From Nitrososphaerota archaeon (GTDB lineage: Archaea; Thermoproteota; Nitrososphaeria; Nitrososphaerales; UBA57): 15,035 nt of DNA. The stretch lies in the NCBI GenBank assembly GCA_013378385.1, contig JACAFS010000024.1, positions 1-15,035 of the forward strand, given 5' to 3'. Positions 8,653-14,818 of the stretch are shown here, piece after piece. How positions within the stretch are numbered: the first letter of the stretch is position 1; each line of letters begins with the position of its first letter. The notes below the pieces were generated by a model. That model made no database searches. It was not told where the DNA came from and saw only the letters and a list, made by a program, of their open reading frames with translations. The translations under genes and the position numbers were made by a program.

Positions 8653-9463
8653 GAATATAAATTCACTAAGAATGGATATTGGGACGTCTACAACTGCTCC
8701 CAATACGTCCAACTGGATTAGAGATATTGACGACTGTTTCGTTATTGCAGTCGAACCTGTTTTGAGGAATGTTATAACATCAACAGAGCTTATGAGTCAA
8801 AGTGCTAATTTTAAAAATACGTATTTTATACATGCCGCTGTGGACAATGTTAAAGAACCTGAAGAGGGGCTGATGTACGTAACGAAGGGAAACATAGGAT
8901 GTTCAAGTTTGTATTTGCCACGATCTCATAAAATCGAACACGAAGAGAAAGTTACAAAAGTAAGCTTAAATTATATTTTAGATAAAATCGACTGGAAAAG
9001 TGTTAATTTTGATTATATTGAATATTTTAAAACCGACACGCAAGGTAACGAAATCAATGTATTAAAAAGTATGAAAAAATATTTAAATAAAATTGCGATT
9101 TTAGAGATAGAATGTACAACTTGGGACGAATATCATGACACTCCAAAAGAGGACGAAGTTTTATCTTTTCTAGAAGAAAATAACTTTGATTTTTTAAAAA
9201 ATTGTGAAGATTCTTGGCGTCACGATTACGGAATGTATGTCGATAGAATATTTATTAATAAAAACTTCTTGCATCTTAAGGATAAAATCAAAAAAGACTT
9301 TGCCCCAGATAGTCGTCTTGTGAGTATTCACTCTGAAGGCTCTCCGCAGCGTTCTGTCGATGTTAATTCTTTCGCCATAGCTTTTGGCAACGTGATGATG
9401 GAACGACAAGTGGATTCTAAAGTTAATAATTATTATTCTTTCCCCACCAAGGAATTGTCATGA
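8633..9463 (+). CDS. Probable FkbM-like methyltransferase (divergent)
   Basis: SD AAGGTGG lies just upstream. LRMDIGTSTTAPNTSNW sits at the position of the SAM-binding D-x-G-x-x-x-G. YFKTDTQGNEINVLKSM matches the FkbM K-x-D-x-E/Q-G-x-E-x-x-V-L hallmark. ILEIECT follows. Confidence 0.65.
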   Translation: MKIEIPKNINSLRMDIGTSTTAPNTSNWIRDIDDCFVIAVEPVLRNVITSTELMSQSANFKNTYFIHAAVDNVKEPEEGLMYVTKGNIGCSSLYLPRSHKIEHEEKVTKVSLNYILDKIDWKSVNFDYIEYFKTDTQGNEINVLKSMKKYLNKIAILEIECTTWDEYHDTPKEDEVLSFLEENNFDFLKNCEDSWRHDYGMYVDRIFINKNFLHLKDKIKKDFAPDSRLVSIHSEGSPQRSVDVNSFAIAFGNVMMERQVDSKVNNYYSFPTKELS

Positions 9464-10458
9464 ATTATTGGAAAGATAAAAAGGTTATTATTACTGGAGG
9501 CGCAGGAATGATTGGTTCCGCCCTGTCTTGTGATATGGTAAGGAGAGGAGCAAAAGTAACCGTCATAGATGATTTTTCACGGGGCAGTAGGAAGTCTCTT
9601 GATAGCGTAGCTAGTGCTATTACCATCATTGTGGCTGATTTGCGCGACTATAATTTATGTGTAGAAAATATTATAGATGCTGATATCGTTGTCCACATGG
9701 CATCTAAAGTGGGAGGCATAAAGGTATATACAGATAGTCCATTTTCGATAATGAATGATAATATTTTAATTGATTCAAATGTGATTAAGGCAACAATTCA
9801 TAATAATATTAAGAATTTCTTCTATGCCAGCAGTGCTCATGTATACCCAATTGAGTTGCAGGACAGTATAGAACAAGAGCAAAGCATTGCGGAAGAACAG
9901 GCGTACCCAGCAAATCCACTATTAACATATGGGTGGGCAAAGTTGATTTCCGAGAAACAACTAGTGAGCGCCACCAGCGAGGTTGAGGGTTTTTCAGCCG
10001 CCATCGCACGCTACATTGGTATATATGGAAAAAATCAAGATTATGATTTAGAAACAGGTTCAGTAATACCAGTATTTTCGAATCGCGCTATTCAATATCC
10101 AAAGGTTGACTTTACTATTTGGGGGGATGGAAAAGAAACTCGCTCCTATTGCTACATTGATGATGCAGTGACATGTACTGTGATGATGATGGAGAAATTA
10201 GAAAATAAGAAAGTTGTAGGACCTTATAACGTTGGATCAGACGAAACGATAACTATTGAAGAAATAGCTCAGAAAATAATCAAGATATCGGGTAAAAGCG
10301 TAATAATAGAGTTTGATACTACTAAGAAGGCAAAAATATTATCACAACAATGTGATTGTAGCCGTATTCAAAAGGAGTTGGGTTGGAAAATAACAACATC
10401 ATTTGATGATGGTTTAAAAATAGTGTATAATGATATTAAGATAAGGAGAGAACAATGA
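9460..10458 (+). CDS. Extended-SDR NDP-sugar epimerase/reductase, paralogous to GDP-fucose synthase / GDP-mannose 3,5-epimerase-like
   Basis: ATGA overlap. Motifs: VIITGGAGMIGSAL (Rossmann), HMASKVGGIKV (KVGGI as in the Fcl family), FFYASSAHVYP, YGWAKLISE (Y-x-x-x-K), WGDGKETRSYCYIDD. The N-terminus MNYWKDKKVIITG mirrors the fcl N-terminus MNFWKDKRILITG. Confidence 0.85.
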   Translation: MNYWKDKKVIITGGAGMIGSALSCDMVRRGAKVTVIDDFSRGSRKSLDSVASAITIIVADLRDYNLCVENIIDADIVVHMASKVGGIKVYTDSPFSIMNDNILIDSNVIKATIHNNIKNFFYASSAHVYPIELQDSIEQEQSIAEEQAYPANPLLTYGWAKLISEKQLVSATSEVEGFSAAIARYIGIYGKNQDYDLETGSVIPVFSNRAIQYPKVDFTIWGDGKETRSYCYIDDAVTCTVMMMEKLENKKVVGPYNVGSDETITIEEIAQKIIKISGKSVIIEFDTTKKAKILSQQCDCSRIQKELGWKITTSFDDGLKIVYNDIKIRREQ

Positions 10459-11384
10459 AAGTATTAGTTACAGGCGGCGCTGGTTATATCGGCAGCGAAT
10501 TGGTTCAATATCTGTTGGACGATGGATATGAAGTAGTGGTTATCGATTCCCTGATGTATGACAAGACATCACTACTGCGCTATGCAAATAATCCTAATTT
10601 TTCTTTTGTTAAGGGCGATGTAAGAAACATCCCTTTGATGGAAAAACTAATGTCTGACGTAGACGTTATAATCCCATTGGCTGCACTAGTTGGCTTCCCT
10701 CTTTGCGACGACTATCCTCGCGATGCTCAAGAGATTAATCATGACGTTAATACGTGGATTGCGCAGAACAAAAGTCCAGAACAGAGGGTTATTTATCCTT
10801 GTACGAATTCTGGCTACGGTGTTAGTATCGATGGCTCTGTATGCACAGAAGAGTCTCCGCTTAATCCACTGTCTCTCTATGGACGAACAAAAGTTGCCGC
10901 AGAGAACGAATATAAGAATGTTGAAAACTACGCAACATTCAGATTAGCTACAGTGTTCGGTCCAGGTTCACGTATGCGTTCCGATCTTCTTGTAAATAAT
11001 TTTGTTCTTAGGACATTGCGAGATAGAGTCTTAGTTCTTTATGAATGTGAATTCATGCGAAACTATGTCCATCTTCACGATGTATGTCGTGGATTTATGT
11101 TTATTCTTGACAATTGGGAAGAGTGTAAAAACGAAACGTACAATCTCGGAAATGATGATTTAAATATGAACAAACTTCAGTTGGCTGAGAAAATTAAAGA
11201 ACATCTACCGCTTGAGATTATTCGTGCAGAAATCAATAGTGATCCAGACACTCGCGACTACATCGTAAGTAGCGACAAGATTTATAACAAAGGATACGAA
11301 TGTGAATACGATTTAGATGATGGTATTCGACAGTTAATTACTGCGTTCGCTATTATAGAGAGCCCATGGTTCGCCAATTATTAA
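10455..11384 (+). CDS. NAD-dependent NDP-sugar epimerase/dehydratase (extended SDR), specificity unknown
   Basis: SD AAGGAG at 10443-10448 and an ATGA overlap. Motifs: VLVTGGAGYIGSEL, YGRTKVAAE (Y-x-x-x-K), LATVFGPGSRMRSDLLVNNFV. Confidence 0.88.
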   Translation: MKVLVTGGAGYIGSELVQYLLDDGYEVVVIDSLMYDKTSLLRYANNPNFSFVKGDVRNIPLMEKLMSDVDVIIPLAALVGFPLCDDYPRDAQEINHDVNTWIAQNKSPEQRVIYPCTNSGYGVSIDGSVCTEESPLNPLSLYGRTKVAAENEYKNVENYATFRLATVFGPGSRMRSDLLVNNFVLRTLRDRVLVLYECEFMRNYVHLHDVCRGFMFILDNWEECKNETYNLGNDDLNMNKLQLAEKIKEHLPLEIIRAEINSDPDTRDYIVSSDKIYNKGYECEYDLDDGIRQLITAFAIIESPWFANY

Positions 11385-11385
11385 T

Positions 11386-11715
11386 ATGACATACGTATTT
11401 GACATTGATGGAACGATATGTACCACTACAGATGGAGACTATGCTCTCGCAAAGCCTCTAGAAGCTCGTATAGGCTTGGTAAATAAATTATACGATGAAG
11501 GGCACACAATAATTTTTCAAACCGCTAGAGGCATGGGCAGGAGTGGAAATTCTGTAATGCTGTCATATGAAATGTTTGAAGTAGCCACTAAAAATCAATT
11601 GGATATGTGGGGAGTAAAATACCACTCTTTATTTTTAGGGAAGCCTTCTGGAGATTTTTATATAGATGACAAAGGAATAAAAGATGAAGACTTCTTTACC
11701 AATAAAACACGTTGA
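11386..11715 (+). CDS. Minimal cap-less HAD-superfamily phosphatase (109 aa); candidate sugar-phosphate (GmhB-like role) phosphatase
   Basis: All four HAD motifs occur in order: I = FDIDGTI, II = QTARG, III = GKPSG, IV = YIDDKG. The assigned role is inferred from the adjacent heptose kinase and nucleotidyltransferase genes. Confidence 0.8.
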   Translation: MTYVFDIDGTICTTTDGDYALAKPLEARIGLVNKLYDEGHTIIFQTARGMGRSGNSVMLSYEMFEVATKNQLDMWGVKYHSLFLGKPSGDFYIDDKGIKDEDFFTNKTR

Positions 11716-12043
11716 TAAGGGTTGGGGCTATGAAAAGTGGATAGTAAATTGCGAAGAATATTGTGGAAAACTGCTATTTTTTAATGAAGGGAAACAATGT
11801 TCGTGGCACTATCATAAATTAAAAGATGAGGTTTTCTATTTACAATCTGGAAAAATGATGGTATACTATTCTATAGAGGATAATATAAAGGAAGCAGCAC
11901 AAGTTATTCTGAATCCTGGAGATAACTTTCACGTATTCCGAGGGCTACGACACCGAATGTTAGCACTTGAAGATTCGGAATTATTTGAATTTTCAACAGA
12001 ACATTTTGATAGCGACTCTTACAGACTTCAAAAGGGAGATTGA
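11684..12043 (+). CDS. Cupin-domain protein (type II phosphomannose-isomerase-like single barrel)
   Basis: An AAAGGAA SD lies 7 nt upstream, and the ATG overlaps the HAD gene by 32 nt. Motifs: KGWGYEKW, GKLLFFNEGKQCSWHYHKLKDEVFYLQSG, PGDNFHVFRGLRHR. Paralogous to the partial ORF at 14819. Confidence 0.8.
   Translation: MKTSLPIKHVDKGWGYEKWIVNCEEYCGKLLFFNEGKQCSWHYHKLKDEVFYLQSGKMMVYYSIEDNIKEAAQVILNPGDNFHVFRGLRHRMLALEDSELFEFSTEHFDSDSYRLQKGD
12032..12038 (+). promoter_or_regulatory. Shine-Dalgarno AAGGGAG upstream of ATG 12049
   Basis: A purine-rich SD lies 10 nt before the ATG at 12049. That ATG is in the same frame as track ORF 12109-12453. No comparable SD precedes the TTG at 12109. Confidence 0.5.
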
Positions 12044-12048
12044 GAACA

Positions 12049-12453
12049 ATGAACAGACGATACCTACCAACGCTTTCTGAATTAGTAGATAGATGATCTA
12101 TTGCACAATTGAAAGAAGTTTTTATTTCTGAGCACAAAGAAGAGTACGCTCAAGAAATATCAGACATATGTCATGACATTCAGGGAATCTTGGAAGAAAA
12201 TTCAGAACAAGCGACAGCAGATTTTATACGCGCAGTTGTAGTTCTTTCTCAGATGAATCTTCACATCTGGCACAACGAATCACAAGTTCGCGCTGGAACT
12301 GGAGATGGCAATCTTGAATTGACGCATGGATTGAATGGAATTAGGAATACGGCTAAGAACAAAATTCAAGAAGTCTGCGGAGGGAGAAAGGATTATAAAA
12401 TTGATTGCCTCGCTGCTGATTTTGAAGATTGGGAGATTAGTTGGAATGAATGA
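12049..12453 (+). CDS. Helical protein of unknown function (DUF4254-like), reading frame interrupted by in-frame TGA at 12094-12096 (possible pseudogene, recoding or reinitiation)
   Basis: Translation from ATG 12049 reads MNRRYLPTLSELVDR-TGA-SIAQLKEVFISEHKEEY, in the same frame as the track ORF that starts at TTG 12109. The downstream NLHIWHNESQVR and NGIRNTAKNKIQE fit my recollection of the N..LWH.ED..R and N..RN pattern of DUF4254. Confidence 0.55.
12089..12101. repeat. 13-bp perfect palindrome ATAGATGATCTAT centred on the in-frame TGA
   Basis: Bases 12089-12094 pair with 12096-12101 and the centre is G12095. As RNA this gives a 5-bp stem (AUAGA/UCUAU) with UGA as the triloop. Confidence 0.7.
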
Positions 12454-12745
12454 AAAAAAAACATTCACGGAATACTATCAATATTATTTAACATTACACC
12501 AAAATAAGATAAATAGATGGTTGCACGCTGTGGGACAATGCGTTACATTGGCAACATTGTGGTGCGCCATAACAACTCAAACGTGGATCGTATTGCCACT
12601 GGTGCCCTTTGTAGTATACCCTTTCGCATGGCTTGGGCACTTGTATTTCGAGAAAAACACGCCAGCAGCATGGACACGTCCAATTTGGGCTAAAGCTTGC
12701 GACTGGGTTATGTTGAAAGATATGCTGACAGGAAAGCTAAGGTGA
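12446..12745 (+). CDS. DUF962 (Mpo1/YGL010w-like) small integral membrane protein
   Basis: I prefer the ATG at 12446 (ATGAATGA overlap with the upstream stop) over the track ATG at 12335, which would overlap the previous gene by 119 nt. Motifs: FTEYYQYYLTLHQNKINRWLHAVGQ, a hydrophobic span, then WLGHLYFEKNTPAA. These match the F..Y...H.n..N...H and GH..fE...PA pattern of DUF962. Confidence 0.72.
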   Translation: MNEKKTFTEYYQYYLTLHQNKINRWLHAVGQCVTLATLWCAITTQTWIVLPLVPFVVYPFAWLGHLYFEKNTPAAWTRPIWAKACDWVMLKDMLTGKLR

Positions 12746-13494
12746 GAGTTTTAGTTATTGGCGATAGCTGTAAGGATGTATTTGACTATGGCTTTTGTGA
12801 ACGGCTTGCACCCGCCGCTCCCGTTCCCGTTTTTGTTTCAAGAACAAGGAAAAGTAACAAGGGTATGGCAGGGAACGTGTTCGAAAACTTGATTAATCTT
12901 GGATTTGAATGCGACATCATCACAAATAAGAAAGAGATAGTTAAAACACGTTTTGTTGATGAAGGGACAAATCATATGATTGTGAGAATAGATTCAGGGG
13001 AAGAAAACCTTGAGAGGATAAACAACTTGCACCTCATTCCGTTTGAAAGTTATGATGCAATTGTGATATCAGATTACAACAAGGGATTCGTAACATCAGA
13101 AGACATAGAATATATCTCTAGAAAGCATAGCATTGTTTTTTTAGATACAAAAAAGTTAATTGGTGACTGGGCAAGAGACATCTCATTTATTAAAATAAAT
13201 AAGCCAGAATTTGAAAGAACGAAACACTTGTTTGAGCAGAAAGTGTGGATAAAAGAGAAGCTGATAGTGACACTAGGATCAGAAGGTTGTGTATATTGCG
13301 ACGAAAAGTTTACTGTTGATAAGGTAGAAATAAAGGATTTAACTGGAGCGGGTGATACATTCTTGTCAGCACTTGTTCATAATTATTTAAATACTAAAAA
13401 TATAAAACAATCAATTAAGTTCGCCAACAAGTGTGCGACAATTGTTGTTCAACAAAAGGGAGTTAATGTCATCAATGTCGATAATTTGGACTAA
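12742..13494 (+). CDS. hldA: D-glycero-beta-D-manno-heptose-7-phosphate kinase-like (RfaE/HldE domain I, PfkB family), stand-alone
   Basis: Collinear with the E. coli HldE N-domain: [29 protein letters not shown] vs [81 protein letters not shown]. I prefer the GTG at 12742 (GTGA overlap, AGGAAAG SD 8 nt upstream). The track start, TTG at 12697, remains possible. Confidence 0.9.
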   Translation: [250 protein letters not shown]

Positions 13495-13867
13495 TGGCTG
13501 CTTTGATGTTCTCCATCGAGGGCATTTTGAACTTCTTAAATATGCAAAATCTCTGGGTGAATATCTAATTGTAGGTATTGATTCTGATGCGAAAGTCCGA
13601 AAAGATAAAGGATTGGATAGACCATATAATACCGAGGATGATAGAAAATTTGCTCTCGAAAGTATACGACATGTCGATAAAGTTATAATATTTGATTCCA
13701 GAGACGAACTGTCCAATTTGATAAAAGAATCTCGCCCATCTTGTATGGTAATAGGTTCCGACTGGAGAGGGAAAGATGTCGTCGGACAGGAATACGCACA
13801 AGAACTGTGCTTTTATGATAGAATAGGGAATTACTCAACTACAAACGTTTTAAAGGAGATGAAATGA
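13466..13867 (+). CDS. hldC: D-glycero-beta-D-manno-heptose-1-phosphate adenylyltransferase-like (RfaE/HldE domain II, cytidylyltransferase fold), stand-alone
   Basis: Motifs: [35 protein letters not shown] vs HldE [59 protein letters not shown] vs STTNIIKKI. The start is ATG 13466 or 13475, after AAGGGAG at 13456-13462. The track start at 13433 is a GTG with no SD. Confidence 0.9.
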   Translation: [133 protein letters not shown]

Positions 13868-14814
13868 GATTGGTTGTTATCACTGGTTGCTTAGGTCTTA
13901 TAGGATCTCATGTCACTAAATTGTGTTTAGAAAAGGGATGGAAAGTTTATGGAATTGATAATTGTACTTATGCTGCGAACATTGATTTAATATCAAAGTT
14001 CGAAGAGAACTCAAATTTTACATTTAGAAAACAAGACATATCAAAACTGTCGTATATACCTGATTGCGATTACGTTATAAACATAGCAGCAGAATCGCAT
14101 GTCGGGAACAGCATAGTAAATTCTACCGATTTCATTCAGACAAATATTGTAGGTGTTAAGAATCTTCTCGAAGTAATCCGAAATAAACAAAACAATGTTA
14201 GCGATTTACCTATTTTTTTCCACTTCAGTACAGATGAAGTGTATGGAGACATCTCGTCTGGAGAGCATACTGAAGAAGATTTACTAAAACCAAGTAATCC
14301 GTATTCAGCTTCCAAGGCAGCGGCAGATATGCTTATTTTTGCATGGGCAAGAACGTACGGAATAAAATATAATATTATTAGACCTACTAACAATTATGGC
14401 ATTGGACAGTATCCTGAAAAATTGATACCAATTTCAGTGAAAAACCTGATGAGAGGTAAGAGGATTAAACTTCATGATGAAGGGCATCCAATTCGAAACT
14501 GGTTGCACTCTAGCGACACTGCGACTGCGGTAGTCGCTATAATAGAATCTGGAGCATCGAACGAGATTTTCAATGTATCGAGCGACTTTGAGCAAAAAAA
14601 TATAGATACTGTGAAGAAAATAATACACTCCTATTTCGGTGAAGAGGTGGACATAGAAGAATATATTGACTTAGGGCATAATAGAAAGGGACAAGACGTT
14701 CGTTATGCGTTAAATGATGATAAAATTAAAGCATTAGGGTGGATTCCGAAAATGAATTTTGATAATGAAATTGGACATATTGTAGAAGATTATTCTACTA
14801 AATTTAGGTGGTAA
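13864..14814 (+). CDS. rfbB: NDP-hexose 4,6-dehydratase (dTDP-glucose 4,6-dehydratase RmlB family)
   Basis: SD AAGGAG at 13853-13858 and an ATGA overlap. Collinear with E. coli RfbB: VVITGCLGLIGSHV, NIAAESHVGNSI, IQTNIVGV, FSTDEVYGD, PSNPYSASKAAADML, RPTNNYGIGQYPEKLIP, IRNWLHSSD, RKGQDVRYALNDDKIKALGWIP. The nucleotide and sugar specificity is not determinable by eye. Confidence 0.92.
   Translation: MRLVVITGCLGLIGSHVTKLCLEKGWKVYGIDNCTYAANIDLISKFEENSNFTFRKQDISKLSYIPDCDYVINIAAESHVGNSIVNSTDFIQTNIVGVKNLLEVIRNKQNNVSDLPIFFHFSTDEVYGDISSGEHTEEDLLKPSNPYSASKAAADMLIFAWARTYGIKYNIIRPTNNYGIGQYPEKLIPISVKNLMRGKRIKLHDEGHPIRNWLHSSDTATAVVAIIESGASNEIFNVSSDFEQKNIDTVKKIIHSYFGEEVDIEEYIDLGHNRKGQDVRYALNDDKIKALGWIPKMNFDNEIGHIVEDYSTKFRW
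14806..14811 (+). promoter_or_regulatory. Shine-Dalgarno AGGTGG serving ATG 14819
   Basis: AGGTGG lies 7 nt upstream of the ATG at 14819. It supports the frame-2 ORF that is absent from the track. Confidence 0.55.
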
Positions 14815-14818
14815 GATA

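Noticed and set aside
2043-10947. Same-strand nested ORFs in alternative frames: 2043-2354, 6774-6962 and 10690-10947.
   Set aside because: They lie fully inside well-supported genes (the two-domain glycosyltransferase, the CgeB-like gene and the SDR). They have no SD and no motif content. The host frames carry the conserved motifs.
11684-11715. The 32-nt overlap between the HAD and cupin genes as evidence of a frameshifted fusion protein.
   Set aside because: Both ORFs are complete domains with their own start, SD and stop. The HAD already contains all four motifs before the overlap. No slippery heptamer is evident in the overlap.
12094-12096. Reading the in-frame TGA as Trp (genetic code 4) or as selenocysteine.
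   Set aside because: TGA terminates 13 of 20 complete genes here, at positions that give homologue-like C-termini, so global reassignment is excluded. For selenocysteine, I see only a weak 5-bp AU-rich stem with the UGA in its loop, not a SECIS-like element downstream. The position lies in an amphipathic helix where Leu or Trp is expected, not a redox Cys. It remains open as readthrough or a nonsense mutation in the findings.
1640-14628. Fourteen minus-strand ORFs of 60-101 aa in the track: 1640-1903, 2875-3072, 4856-5038, 6374-6601, 8217-8513, 8515-8712, 9194-9409, 9809-10009, 11904-12137, 12280-12468, 13411-13716, 13565-13801, 14136-14393 and 14434-14628.
   Set aside because: Each lies antisense within a plus-strand gene that has strong family motifs. 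Their products are low-complexity or oddly composed (Ser, Ile, Phe or Cys rich). None has a recognisable motif or an evident SD. They are the expected antisense open frames of AT-rich coding DNA.
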